NCBI RefSeq assembly: GCF_902459465.1 | Contig: NC_047065.1 | Span: 7,750,001 to 7,814,000, forward strand | Origin: Asterias rubens | Lineage: Eukaryota | Direction of reading: 5' to 3' | Length of the DNA: 64,000 bases | Shown here: piece by piece, positions 22,845 to 35,837 of the stretch | How positions within the stretch are numbered: the first letter of the stretch is position 1 | Layout of the letters: every line of letters begins with the position of its first letter | Translations under genes and position numbers: made by a program | Notes under the pieces: model-generated | The model's input: only the letters and a program-made list of their open reading frames with translations | Databases searched by the model: none | Told to the model about the DNA's origin: nothing

Positions 22845-24219
22845 GTTGGTGGTAAGGAAACTATAACTTAAATTATATGTGCCCCTCTTTAACGTTTGTG
22901 TATGAAACGTAATGTGTTATCATTCAACGTTGAAACTCTAAGTTTTTGGATACACTATAATATAGATACTAGTATGTAAATGTCTATAACATAGACTTGC
23001 CATTTGGACAACCCGACCATTTCATTCTCTATACATTATGACATAATAGTCATTTATAACTTTCATAGTGCATTGGAAGTATATATGTTTCTCTTTTATG
23101 TCGGTGGAAGTATACATAACACGGTCCTAAGTTTAGTACTTTTATCATTTTGTCAAATATTTTCGTCGAGTTCATTCACGTGAAAGTTACACTTTGTCAC
23201 TGCATATTTTCATCAGATTCATATAACTACAAGAACTAGGCCTATGTCGGTATCATAAAGTGATCCTTGTCAACAGACGGAAACCTTTAAATTGAATAAT
23301 TATACAATGACGTCATTATTAAGGGCCTTTACGTCATCTTTCATCACTATGGCAAACAAAATCGCAGCACTGTTTAATATAGTTTTAAGGTGAAAAAGTA
23401 AAAATTTGTAAAGATGTATCTTTAATAATGCATGAAAAAATGTACCCCTTGCTGCACCAACAGACTGCAGCGGTGTGTCACCTTCAGTAAGTGACGTTAT
23501 TAATATCAATATATACATACTCTTGAATAATTAAAAGTCTTTTTGTTTAAAGCACATACACAACACGATAGGAATGGTCACGTAGCATTCTGCTTCAAAT
23601 CGCCGTCGGTCCAAATATTTCAGACACATCCACGTCACTACTTAATTTGTCTGATTTGAATCTCAGAAAAAAAATATATAAAAAAATTGCACAATTTTCA
23701 TAAAATGAAACGGCACATTATTATGTCACAGAGTACAGCGGGATTGGGCGTCCATACTATAGCAGCGTTCGAACATAGCAACTTTTGTCACGTCTATATG
23801 CCTATCTATATATTATAGCGTCGTGTTATGACGTCACAGCTTAATGAATTATTCATACACATGTAAGCTAAACTATAACTAACAACCTTGTTGTACGTAA
23901 CTCCATCACCCATGGAATTTACGGGCTGTGGGTCGCCGGAAGAAAAACCATGAACGTTTCAAATAAAATAAAAGCCGTGATTATTTTGAAAGACGTCTTA
24001 ACTACGATCTTGGATGGTTTTCCTTTTTTAAAGTGTATCATCTGCCGTTCAAAGTTAACAACCTTTGTATAGTAGTACACTGACATCTGCCTACAAGGAA
24101 GTATCAAATGAAATAAATACTTCTTACTTTTTCCCGCCACTCCCATAATTGCACGCATACATATTTTATTTTAATGTACACTTTCAATACGTCTGGGTCA
24201 GAAATGACCCGGTTTCCAG

Positions 24220-24496
24220 GATGATTTCATAGCGCTGCTTAACGGTACAAATTTTTTCGTGCTAACTGTAGCAGAAAACTTGCTAAGGTGCAAGCGTATT
24301 TCACAGATTAGCATAAAAATCGGGCGGCCATATTGCACGTTTACCATGGATTTGCAATGTGACTTTAACTATTTTCGTGCGGTATGCAACGGAAGGTTAC
24401 CATGTCTTTTCGTGTGCTTACGGTTAGCAGCGCCATGAAATAGAAACCACACAGTAAGCAAACAATCGGCCTCAAGCAGCGCTATGAAATTGGCCC
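24220..24496. mobile_element. Harbinger-type MITE, CAG TSD
   Basis: CAG|GATGATTTCATAGCGCTGCTT...AAGCAGCGCTATGAAATTGGCCC|CAG; left TIR tip degraded. Confidence 0.7.
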
Positions 24497-25978
24497 CAGA
24501 TCCCGTGGCGGCCTGACCCATTTTCTGGGTCAATATGACCCGGAACTGGTGTCAAAGTAACAATAGGTCAAACTAATCAGTTTCAAGATCAGCCTGACCA
24601 AAAAAATGGGTCAGCCATGGGACCCGGAATCCAGATCAAGGATGTATCTTCTTGTTATATCTAGAAGTGTAAGGGTCATGGGTTCGAATCCCACCCGAGT
24701 AATATACCTGTGAGTTTTGTTCACATGACTCGGAAAAGTACTGGGTACGGTGCTGACACATATCGGGTATATGGGTGAAAACCAGAATGAATAATGTTAC
24801 ATCTGGTTACATGCAGCCATGAAAATAATATGGACAATGTCAACAACAATGTTGAACTGTTTTTAAATGTTCCGTCCAGCGGCAGGCATACGCTACAAAT
24901 TTTGTAACAAGAGATGCAGATAACTACCAGTGACAACTCCGTCAAAGCGTCATTTTTTACAAGTTTTGTTTCTGGGTCACAAACTCATGTTCTTTCAATT
25001 AAACCAGAACATAGAACATGGTAGGTCTACTCGATCCTAAATTCGGAACAGGTGCTTATTTCTGATCTCAAATTAAACATCTGAAACACTTCCAATTGGA
25101 ATATCGTCATTATCAAGCAGCTTTATACCAAGCATGGATTGTCCGGTAACACTTGAAGATTCAATTATATAGGGCTTAACCTGAAAGAGTAAATCTGAGA
25201 GAATGGAACTCTGGTTATGGTAATATACTGCACAGCACGTGCAGGTGACTGAGCAGCAAGATTGACAGAAAGTGGGCCCCGATGGATGTACCGATGGATG
25301 TACCCGTGTCTATAGCTTGAAATGTACCCTAAAACGTACGGACAATCGGTTCTTAGTGGTAGTTTGAAAACATTTTATCAGCAAGCTTTACAATAGATCG
25401 GAGAAAATGCTTCGATTTCTGTCACCCAACTTACTCCGATGGATATTTCCTTCTGACAATGAGGTTTCGCAAAAGTCCTCACGATGAACCAGTACAGCGT
25501 GTAAAGAGACCAATTCCCAGCAGACTTTATTTTCATATCAATTCCCCCCAAAATGCAACATTTTATTGGGCAAAAAACCCCATTCAATTCTATTAAAATT
25601 AACTTATTCATTATCCCGTCAAACACCTGGAGATATGACAGAATGATATTGACACACCATTGGTTGAGTGTGACAAATACCAATTAATATACTGTTGATT
25701 ACAGTGTATCCTAAAATGTTTGTATCATCTGCACAGATTAGCCAAGGTAATTTCTTATCATCACAATCCTACCATTTAAAGCGTTTTACTCACTGGTGAA
25801 TGTTCACATTAATGTTTGCTATTATTCCCCAACCTTTTTAGAATTTGTACCGTCACTGTTCACTTATTAATTGGACACAAACACATTGTTGACGGGCACG
25901 GTTAAATGCAAGGATGACACAAGATTACCTCAGTGAGGAACGCATCTCAGGTCATAGTGAATTTAAAAGATGAGTTGT

Positions 25979-26348
25979 TTAAAGGCAGTGGACACTATTG
26001 GTAATTACTCAATAATTTTAAGCATAAAAACTTACTTAGTAATGGGTAATGGAGAGCTGTTGATAGTTTAATACATTGTGGGAAACGGCTCCCTCTAAAG
26101 TAACGTAGTTTTCGAGAAAGAAGTAATTTTCCACGAATTCGATTTCGAGACATCAGAATTAGTCTTAGAAGTCTCGAAATCAAGCATTTGAAAGCACACA
26201 ACTTTGTATGACAAGGGTGTTTTTTATATCTCGGAACTTCGAGGATCAATTAAGCTCAAATTTTCTCCTGTTATTTTATGCATATGTTGAGATACACCAA
26301 ATAGGAAGACTTGTCTATGACAACTACCAATAGTGTCCGGTGTCTTGA
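25979..26348 (-). mobile_element. Kolobok-type MITE family A, reverse
   Basis: TIRs and body. Confidence 0.85.
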
Positions 26349-27463
26349 AAAGAATTGCAATGTGGGCAGTTTTCAGAATAACTGAATTCCCTACATGGTA
26401 TCCATGCTTAACGTTGCAATGCAATGTTCAAATGTTTCTTGCCAAATGTCGCCATTTACTGTGCACTAAACAGACGTGATACTAAAGATTTTGTGGCCTA
26501 AAAACACCTGAAGGTGACAACAAAAATCACTAAAAAAAATTCACAAAAGTATACAAGTATAATGCCACGAAACTATATAAAGTGGTTTCTAAACCGACTC
26601 GCCTGGTGCCCGTGTTCGGTGGTCCTCAGACGTAAGGCAGGTATCCTGTCAACAATATACGTTACGTTGGTCAACTGATTAGGTTACTTTACACGTCATT
26701 TGAAAATATAACAGGGAATTCATTTAATGTATTTTTTCAAAAAAGCAATTTTTTTCTTCTTCAATAATACAAATTTGTCAGAGTCTCATTGTCGTGGTTT
26801 GAAATACCTGATTTCTTTGCTATTGTTTGCAAAATGCATGAAAGCCTGTGGCTATAATCAAAACCTACAATAATGTCCTCGATTTTTATACAAATTTGGT
26901 AAAGTAGACCATCTTATAATCACTAACCACAGTTTGGGATAACCTTGCATTGAAGTTAGCAACAGATTGTCGTAATACGAACGGCACAATACATGATTAC
27001 ATGCAAAATGAATTTTAAAATAAACAACTTGCTGCAAGAAGAGTGGTTATTGGCATCCAAATATTCATCAGTATATCAAATGTAATAGTTACTACACAGT
27101 TCACATTTTTTCTTAATGAAACAGTTTTGTTTTAAATAGTCACAACGAGTACCGAAGGCGGGAAAATTTAGTTTTTAAAATATCTGTCACCTGGTTGTGT
27201 CCCCGTTTATTCCACGTCTGCGTCGATTATTGTCTCTCTCTCGCTGTTAGTAAGTGAAAATCCTGAAGTTGGCAACTGCCAAATAAACTCCAACCATCTT
27301 CACTCCCAACTTAGAATTGATGTCCACAAACTTCAGTTTCCAAAACAGCAGAAGATCTTGATATTCTGCCCACCTCACTGGTTACTTGCGTGGATTCTCC
27401 CATGCGTTTCACACGCACAGGCAATCAGGCAATCGGGCATTTGTCAACGCCACTTTTTTAGCG

Positions 27464-27469
27464 TTTATT
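27464..27469 (-). terminator. Candidate poly(A) signal (AATAAA on -) for G-alpha-o
   Basis: tttatt on + about 150 nt past the stop; other AATAAA lie further out (e.g. ~27206), so usage is unknown. Confidence 0.3.
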
Positions 27470-27621
27470 TCCCGCGTGACGTAACAGACTCGCAACCCCA
27501 ACCGACATCGGCACAAAGGCTTGTTCTCCCGCCGTATGTAGCGAACGGACCATTATTATCCTCAAATGCCCAATGTACAACTTTATATACAGCGTTTGTA
27601 TACGGAGGCCCAGAAAGGCCC

Positions 27622-27809
27622 TCAGTACAAGCCGCATCCTCGCAAGTTGTTTGCTATGATGGTATCTGTGACGGCATCAAATACAAACTGAATATTGGTA
27701 GTGTCCGTAGCACACGTCATGTGTGTATATATTTCCTTGTTGCTACTCTTGTTAAGTGCTTCAAATTGGGACTGGATGTACATGACTGCCGCTAAGTATT
27801 CATTCTCAC
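27622..27809 (-). CDS. GNAO1: G-alpha-o exon 8, terminal ([61 protein letters not shown])
   Basis: Acceptor ttattgaacag on -; 188 nt to TGA; TCAT motif; G-alpha-o-specific C-terminus NNLRGCGLY. Confidence 0.96.
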
Positions 27810-27949
27810 CTGTTCAATAAGACACAAATAATTCCGGTAATTATTGCCCAGTTTAAATAAACTTTTCCTGTCATAACTATGAAATCCATTAAAATACTTC
27901 ACTATAGGCCTACAGTACGTCATGAGATACACGAATTGGGGCTTAAAAC

Positions 27950-28330
27950 GTTTACAAGAGTGGAATTCGAACTAACGACCTCCAGATTGACCTCCAGATT
28001 AACGTGCCGGTTTCCCCGGGGAATTCTGTCCCCCCATGAGTAAAAAAACGTGGGAGGAGGATGATTACAAAGAGGGCGCTATCAGAAGTAGTTTATAACT
28101 CAGTTCACCATGGGGGGGGGGACACCGAATCTCCGGAAGGACAGAATCTCCTGCCACACCGGCGCTCTATAAACTGAGTTATCTTTAGCCTTATGTTGCC
28201 GGTCTCCATATGTTTGTCAATTTGGGGTGCCAGTTATAAAAGCCACATAACTTATAGCTGACATGTAGCCAGGGATCACACCCAAGGTTACAATCTAGCC
28301 TGGAAAGCAGCAGCCAGGGGATCACCTTAA
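27950..28330 (-). mobile_element. tRNA-derived SINE-like repeat interrupted by a 148-bp insertion
   Basis: Removing the insert gives gataactcagtttatagagcgccggcacgttaatctggagg..agttcgaattcc (A box / B box). Confidence 0.55.
28011..28158. mobile_element. 148-bp insertion with CCGG target duplication (Ginger1-like?)
   Basis: CCGG|TTTCCCCGGGGAATTCTGTCC...GGACAGAATCTCCTGCCACA|CCGG; TIR imperfect. Confidence 0.5.
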
Positions 28331-28712
28331 GGTAGTGGACACTATTGGCAATTACTAAAAATAATTATTAGCATAAAACCTTTCTCGGTGACGAGTAATG
28401 GGGAGAGGTTGGTGGAATAAAACATTGCGAGAAACGGCTCCCTCGGAAGTGTCGTAGTTTTCGAGAAAGAAGTAATTTTCCACGAATGTTGATTTCGAGA
28501 CCTCAGATTTAGAACTTGAGATCTCGAAATCAACCCTCTTATCGCACACAACTTCGTGTGACAAGAGTGTTTTTTCTTTCATTATTATCTCGTAACTTCG
28601 ATGACCGATTGAGCTCAAATTTACACAGGTGTGTTATTTTATGCATATGTTGAGATACACCAAGTGAGGAGACTGGTCTTTGACAATAACCAAAGGTGTC
28701 CATTGTCTTTAA
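28327..28712 (-). mobile_element. Kolobok-type MITE family A, reverse (G-alpha-o intron 7)
   Basis: TIRs plus TTAA. Confidence 0.88.
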
Positions 28713-28928
28713 GGGGGGATGCAACTTCTTATATTTCAGATATAAATATTATAAGCCAGGGGAAGCTGACTGGGTTAGGTATCCGTGGTTTATATAAATA
28801 TGAAACACAAATTTGTTTATGAATACAAATTTCCTAATGGTGACTGAATTGCCGACCTTTAAACATATATCATTTCAGAATTAAAATCAGACACGTTCAA
28901 CTTAATCTCTTGTGTGTAAGGGGTCAAT

Positions 28929-29070
28929 AGGAGACTTTCTAGGACGATAGGTGGCAGCAGATTTACCGGGTAAAGCCATTGTTCTCAGAATTATTTGCAT
29001 GCTCAGAACTACGTAAACAATGGAAATTTACCCGGTAAGTCTGCTGCCTCCTAGCGTTGGAAAGTCTCTC
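28929..29070. mobile_element. GGGAGACTTT hairpin MITE
   Basis: AT-flanked, palindromic; ends 33 nt from exon 7. Confidence 0.8.
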
Positions 29071-29103
29071 ATTAAAGAGAAACAATGACCTTTGACCTCT
29101 TAC

Positions 29104-29257
29104 CTGTGTACTCTGGGAAACAAATGGAGAGAGGAGATTTCTCAATCTTGTCCTCAAATAGATCTTTCTTGTTGAGGAAGAGGATGATTGACGTGTCAGT
29201 AAACCATTTATTGTTGCAGATTGAGTCGAAAAGTTTAAGGCTTTCATGCATCCGATT
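29104..29257 (-). CDS. GNAO1: G-alpha-o exon 7 ([52 protein letters not shown])
   Basis: cag / gtaaga; 154 nt as in Gi/o genes; NKKD motif; within ORF 29072-29323. Confidence 0.96.
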
Positions 29258-29344
29258 CTGTAAACAGAAGTGAACGGTTCTCAGTTCATATTTTTTATAC
29301 ACAAAAGTTGCACATAATATCATAACAATAATTTAGCGGATTTG

Positions 29345-29695
29345 GGTACTTTTTCAAAAAGTCCATAGATTTACATTAAACGTACAGGGTTTGAAGATAT
29401 TGATAGTGGAAAGCTTCCCTTCAAATATTACTTACTGAGGTGCTGTAGTTTTTGAGAAATGAGTAAAACAATATCATGAAAAAAACGTTTGTAAATGCTT
29501 AAAATAATTTTCGTCTCATGAGACGAAAATTATTTTCATGACATTGTTTTACTCATGTCCCAAAAACTACAGCACCTCAGCACGTAGTATTTTTAGGGAA
29601 GCTTTCTGCCATCATTATCTTCAAACTGTGTAAGTTTAGTGTAAATCTGTGGACATTGTGTTTTTTGTCCTACAAAAAGTACATACACCCTTTAA
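29345..29695. mobile_element. Kolobok-type MITE family D (long internal inverted arms)
   Basis: gtactttt..agatttacattaaac..gtttgaagat..aagcttccc arm and its reverse complement; CCT|TTAA end; other copies 38936-39140, 46359-46733, 63131-63517. Confidence 0.8.
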
Positions 29696-29839
29696 AACAA
29701 AATAAACGAGGGAGAAAACACCAAAGTAAGCAAAATGTACAATATTTAGGTTGATTAATATCACCAGTGTAGTTCACAATAATACTAATATTAATATCAA
29801 CCATTTATAAATCGCATAAGCAGCGGCACCAATGCGCTG

Positions 29840-30073
29840 GGCCCAATTTCATAAAGCCAAAAACATTTGCTTAGAATGAAGTTTCTTCCTTGATAAAAAC
29901 AGGATTACCATCCAAATTTGTATTTGTTGCATAATTGCTTGATACTGGTATTCAGCTGTTCTTTGCTTATCCTGAAACTCACATGGCAATTTGGTTGGTA
30001 ACCCTGTTTTAATCAAGAAAGACATTTCATGCTTCGCAACTTGTTATGCTTACAGGCTTTATGAAATTGGGCC
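29840..30073. mobile_element. Harbinger-type MITE
   Basis: TIR GGCCCAATTTCATAAAGCC; CTG on the left flank only. Confidence 0.7.
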
Positions 30074-30656
30074 GGCTTTACAAACATAAAAAGACAATCT
30101 AAAAGTACCTTATAACACAATAAAATGTTTACAAAAATGGAAGAACAATACAAATTAAAAAGTACCAAATTGTTGACACGGTCAAACATGCACCAAATAC
30201 TAAAATCACTAAATATTAAATAAAAAAACGGTGAAGAAAAATCAATAGCACGCAGAAACTGATTTAAATTCGTGATGAAAGGCCTTGCCTTATAATTTTC
30301 ATTATTAAAAATGATGTTATAAATAAACCAAGACTTTCAACCAACCTAGACAGTATAACCGTGTTCTCTTAAGTGAACCACGGGTTACCAGGGTAACGGG
30401 TAATTTAGTTGTAAGACCGGATACTTGATAAACACAATGAAGAAATCTGGACCAAGAACATTGGACTAGTTGGAGATATACATGTACATGAACATTATGA
30501 CTGGCATACGCGAAAGTATTTGATTTTTTTTTTCGTTTGGAAAGATCAACATCATTCTGTCTAGAAAAAAAGGTTGTAAAACAGTCTTTCGGCAAAAGAT
30601 CGGAGTGCACATTTCTTAGTAAAACACATGACTATAGTTTGAAAGAAATGCCTTAC

Positions 30657-30786
30657 CGTTGTGTCGTCTTCTAGCAACCGTTGGTCATACCCACTTAATG
30701 CTACACAGAATATGATTGCTGTGACATCTTCAAAACAGTGTATCCACTTTTTCCTTTCTGACCTCTGACCCCCAACGTCAAATAGC
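30657..30786 (-). CDS. GNAO1: G-alpha-o exon 6 ([43 protein letters not shown])
   Basis: ctttctcaaag / gtaagg; 130 nt; DVGGQ switch II motif. Confidence 0.96.
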
Positions 30787-31039
30787 CTTTGAGAAAGTAA
30801 GAAAAATAATACAAATATTTATTGAGAATATCAAATACTTTACAATGAAAATAAGTGACTACCATGTCACGATGCAATCGAATTCCTTTTACTGAGCAGA
30901 AAACATTCTGAAATGATGCTCGCTTCCATGACGAGCAAGAGACTTGTCCTACAGGAACACAAAACTACAGGCGAAACCCAGAACATCTCCCGTTCAATGG
31001 TCGAGGTTTACCCCGACCCATACAGCCCCTCAAACACCC

Positions 31040-31210
31040 NNNNNNNNNNNNNNNNNNNNNNNNNNNNNNNNNNNNNNNNNNNNNNNNNNNNNNNNNNNNN
31101 NNNNNNNNNNNNNNNNNNNNNNNNNNNNNNNNNNNNNNNNNNNNNNNNNNNNNNNNNNNNNNNNNNNNNNNNNNNNNNNNNNNNNNNNNNNNNNNNNNNN
31201 NNNNNNNNNN
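31040..31210. other. Assembly gap (N run)
   Basis: Ns in sequence. Confidence 1.
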
Positions 31211-32289
31211 GACAGAACTCCAAAGCATAATGTGGACGACTTCTGAATTTTTTTATTTGCTGTAGAATATTGATGAAGTGTTTACCCCAGTCCAAATGTT
31301 GTGACTCTATTTCTATGTTTAATCCTTCAAATTTATTTTGGGCAAGGTATAAATGTAGACCACTAAGTGAGAATTTTTAAGGCAGTTTGAATATTGCTTA
31401 TACAAATTACAACTTCAAAAAGTCTCTCAGGCTTTTTATTCGTAACTATCGGTGGGGTGGTAGTTTTGAAACCATTTGCTTTTAAAGTTTTTAAAGTAAA
31501 AATAAAATACAAACAACACAACAAATTGTTCCAAATCTTTGCATCCGTCTATACTCGTACACAGGTCCAATGGGGCCGTGTTTATAAATATGGTTTGGCC
31601 ATGCATTTGTAGATATCCGTCATGTTCCAAAAAGGCCCATTGAATCGGTGCTGAATAGTCATTCAAATAAAGAATGACGTTCTTTCGTTGCCTTCAGTAC
31701 AGCTCTGTTATTTATTAAATAGATTTGAATTTTCTGCAATTTGCATAGGTTCAAAATGTACACTTGCGTTGATATATTAACATTCATTAGTGAAACTGAC
31801 AGTGTGTGTTTTTATTCATCGTAAAATGTCTTTATTTTCATTTAAAAAATCTTTGTTGCATCAAAGGTCAAGGACTCTATAGAAGTTCCAAAATCATGAC
31901 TTTTCATAACAACAATAAGAACAAGTCAAAACATCGATCTCGCATCACAACATGCAATTCGAGCGAGAAAGCGACGAAAATGTTATATTGTTGAATGAGT
32001 CAACGCTAGAGGGACTCAAGCACCATGCGCGTAATGTATTCCCCACTCCACAGACGGTCTCAGGAGAAAATGACGCGTAATGAGATTGTAACGCTGATAT
32101 GTATTGCTGGACCACGAATTGGGCAGATTTCAAAATGCGAGTAGCATTGGCTGCGTCATCAACATTTAATGACCTGAGAATGACCTCACTACGTCAGAGT
32201 ATACCCCTGTTGAGTCATCTTTTTTTCACGTAGCCAATTCATTAACAATGAAACATAAAGGTTAGCCTCGTTATAGACGAGTATTGTTC

Positions 32290-32359
32290 TGCGCCTTGAA
32301 CACCCAGCAGGGTGGATATGTGCGCATTACAAGTCTTATTATTATTATTATTATTATTA
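32290..32359 (+). mobile_element. 3' tail of an L2-like LINE/SINE ending in (ATT)n
   Basis: gcgccttgaacac..ggatatgtgcgcattacaagtctt(att)n resembles the tails at ~4320-4365 and ~35840-35890. Confidence 0.6.
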
Positions 32360-32840
32360 GGGCATAATGCATCTCAATAGTGCACTAATGATAGCATCCG
32401 TTTCTTGTTTTTATTTTGCATGCATCCTTGTAATATACTGACGCCATAATAACGCGGCTTGTCAGACTATTTTATCAATATGCTGCGCTAATATCGCAAG
32501 TGCAATTTATATTTTGCTGTGTTGTGCATGTTGTGGACTTAAGGGAAAATTAAAATTAAAATTAAATCCGACCAAACATCGTGAGGATAACATCCATGAC
32601 GTGCTGTGACTCGTGCACGCGGGCCTGCGTGTACTGTGTGAGCTAAAATAGGCTTTGTGATTAAAATCACGAGTAGTTCATCGAAACGGTGTGCTATCTA
32701 CCTAAGATAGCTAAATTACCTTTACCGTCATAGTAGGCTGGAAAAGCTATGACTAGAATTTATATTATGCCAGACTTGCATTACCCACCGGGTGGTAAAT
32801 TGAAATTTTACATGTCGATCTTGTTTTGGTAAAAAACAAA

Positions 32841-32983
32841 NNNNNNNNNNNNNNNNNNNNNNNNNNNNNNNNNNNNNNNNNNNNNNNNNNNNNNNNNNNN
32901 NNNNNNNNNNNNNNNNNNNNNNNNNNNNNNNNNNNNNNNNNNNNNNNNNNNNNNNNNNNNNNNNNNNNNNNNNNNNNNNNNNN
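32841..32983. other. Assembly gap (N run)
   Basis: Ns in sequence. Confidence 1.
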
Positions 32984-34757
32984 TACTTTCGTCTTATGTA
33001 TTTAATATACTTAAAATAGTTATTTATTTAAATTTAAATTGTATTATTCGTATTGCTTTGTTTAAACATTCTAACCATTGGATATTACACAACAATTTAA
33101 ACAGCATTTCTCGAAAGTGGTAAACTTCAAGAAGGAAATATAATAAAAGAGTGAAACCATTTCAAATACATGTTTTCTTCTGAGAAAAAAAAATAAAAAG
33201 ACCCGTTTGTAATTGTTGTGATAACTTGCGCCTGTTGAGTGTTTTATGTCAACCGTGTTATGTTTTATCTTGAGTAAGAGCTGTGTGCGAGCAAATTAAT
33301 CGAAATTAAATAATTGATAAATTATCTGGTTGAAAAGTGGTTTTGTACTTGATGCAGGCCCTAATCATTGTCTTGCCCGACTCCATTGATTCAGTTATCA
33401 ATCAATTGTTTTGGCATAATGCACCAAAGTTAAAGCTATGTAATCGAATTGATGGCCGTCCCTGCTCCTAATGGGAGGGTGAGTGAGGTATAGTTATAGT
33501 GGGTTCTGAGGGCACTCTACCGTGGTAATGTATAGTGTGGGGATGACTATTCAGCAAGCTCAATTATCAAGGTTATCGCGACCTTAATATGATGATGACA
33601 GGGTACTCGTACCTTTTTTCAACCTTTACACAAACCTGTGTGTTGTTTGTTTCTGAATAAGTCTTTGTATGACTGTATTATGTGTTGGGAATCATGTCCT
33701 TCTGTCAACAGTTTCCCTTCCCTTGTTATAGCTTTTTGTAATAACTTATTAGTATTTGTATTTATAAATAAGGCTCACTCAAATAATCCAGTTAAAGAAA
33801 ATATGATTTTATAAGTTGCCTGTACAATAATTTTACAGAAACAGCTATAGAACTCAGTGTTACATATATAAAATTGACAGTGTGCAAGATTGATGTAATT
33901 ACCTTTTTGAATACGACGTCTGAAATTGTTAACAAATTAATGGACAGTAAAGAAGCTGACTGTAAGTTTCAGCGTGTGCAGTATAAATCAACAGTTAAAA
34001 TTTTAGTACGTAGAACGTTTAACTTAATCGTAAACAACGACTGACTGTACGTTTATACACATTAAACCTCATGTAGAGTGGTTTATTACAAAATGACGAG
34101 TGATTCGGTAAAACAAATACAGGTACTGGGTTCTTCAAAGACAAAGATTTACAATTCTAACTTTTTTTTTAACGAGACCATACATATTAAATGATTCAGC
34201 AAAAATAATGGGTTCGAAGGGCCATGGAACAACGCTTCAGTAACCATTGCAGCGATAGTGTTGCCAATATTTCTTTTGCTGACTTACATATCTCGGTGCA
34301 ATATAAAAGAATGAATAAGCTATATAGTCCCACCCGAGTAAAACAGTGCATGTGGTTTTGTTCACAGGGCTCGAAAAAAAAGCTCGGAGTGTAGCCAATA
34401 CAATGCTAAAGAGACATCGGCGTAGGTTGGTATCCCCGGTGCAAATTTCCATCATCAACATTGTCGCGCTGAGTTGCCCTTCCGATCCAAAGGAAGTAAC
34501 AATGGACAATTTTTGTTTGTTACCCTCATTATGCTGTACCATATCTTGATTCAAAGACAGTATCAAACAGCACCGGAATCAACATGGTCTTCCTCCACGA
34601 TGCACTCAAGGTTGCCCCGGTTGATTTACCCCTGTACAGGCCAGATGCTGAGAATCTTGGCTTAGGGTGAATGCACTAGCCCGCCTCCCTTCCGTTAGTT
34701 TGCATATTTTACAATTTTAGCTGTAACCTTATTCCAGTTAGAAACTTCTAAATTTAC

Positions 34758-35041
34758 TTCTTTCATTTTATTTCATTTATTGTGTGAAGTCAAGGCCTCT
34801 CAGCAAAGCGGACTTAATCGCTGTTAGGCTATTAGCCAATAATCCAATGAAGAGATAGGCAAGGAAGGAAGTTTCAGTTTTAGATGTGGGAGGAAAACCT
34901 TCGAGATTGTTTCCAGGGAAAACCCACGCAGTCAGGTAGGGACTGAAAACACGATCCACATATTATGTGCCCCGGCAGGATTCGAATCGGGTCCCAGAGG
35001 TGGTAAGCGAAGACAGATACCACTACGTCAACAAGGCCACC
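34758..35041 (-). mobile_element. tRNA-derived SINE with V-SINE-like central block
   Basis: A box TGACGTAGTGG, B box GATTCGAATCC, then ctgactgcgtgggttttccc..ggttttcctcccaca, A-rich tail; V-domain likeness is from memory. Confidence 0.7.
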
Positions 35042-35309
35042 ACTTCTGATGTATTTGAATTGTTTTAGTTGCATACTGCTGCGATTTGGCTTGTATCGTC
35101 TTTAAATGTTTGATTATTATGATATCTTGATTTATATGTATTTGCTATTCTACTTTACCAGCGGATATAGCCTCCTGTATGTACAGTACTTTTATTACTT
35201 TGGGTCATGTAAACCCAGCATCGGATGGCAGCAAAAGTTAAAGATCTCTTTTTTTGTTGGGTATTTATAATAAGACACTACCTTCTCAAGTTAAAAAAAG
35301 TGAAGGTTT

Positions 35310-35602
35310 CACCTCGATTGGATGTCGAAGTTGCGAGATAACAATGAAAGAAAAAACACCCTTGTCATACGGAGTTGTGTGCTTTCAGATGCTTGATTTC
35401 GAGACCTCAAAATCCAATTCTGAGGTCTCGAAATCAAATTCGCGGAAAGTTATCTCTTTCTCGAAAACTATGTCACTTCAGAGGAAGCCGTTTCTCACAA
35501 TGTTATATACCATCATCATTTCCCCATTACTTGTTACCAAGTCAGGTTTTATGCTAATACATATTTTGAGTAGTTAGCAATTATAGTGTCCACTGCCTTT
35601 AA
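35310..35602 (+). mobile_element. Kolobok-type MITE family A, truncated, abutting the exon 5 donor
   Basis: Right TIR plus TTAA at 35599-35602. Confidence 0.85.
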
Positions 35603-35615
35603 GAAACTGACTCAC

Positions 35616-35744
35616 CTGAAGTGTAAATTTTTGAAGGTGAAGTGTGTTTCAACGATGCCCGTTGTCTTGACTCGCGTCCGTAGAATGTCTTGTTCGTTAG
35701 GCAGGTAGTCGTCCGAACCGATACGGTCCAAACTGTCTAAAAAG
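35616..35744 (-). CDS. GNAO1: G-alpha-o exon 5 ([43 protein letters not shown])
   Basis: ttattttgtggattag / gtgagt; 129 nt; switch I RTRVKTTG; KNLHFR typical of G-alpha-o. Confidence 0.96.
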
Positions 35745-35837
35745 CTAATCCACAAAATAAAATAAAAAATTGTCAGAACTTACATAGTACTCAAACCCAA
35801 TTATATTTTGAAATCTATAGTTAACAGTTGAAATATC

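Noticed and set aside
25378-25683. ORF with VFDGIMNKLI after an acceptor, considered as an alternative G-alpha terminal exon
   Set aside because: Resemblance is limited to VFD; no TCAT or CGLY motif; phase does not follow exon 7.
33585-33660. C/D snoRNA-like ATGATGA...CTGA
   Set aside because: Antisense to the host intron, no clear guide or C'/D' boxes; expected by chance.
34940-35041. tRNA gene candidates here and at ~4700-4797, ~5090-5170, ~24660, ~27960
   Set aside because: A/B boxes are present but no complete cloverleaf, and each continues into repeat body; they are SINE heads.
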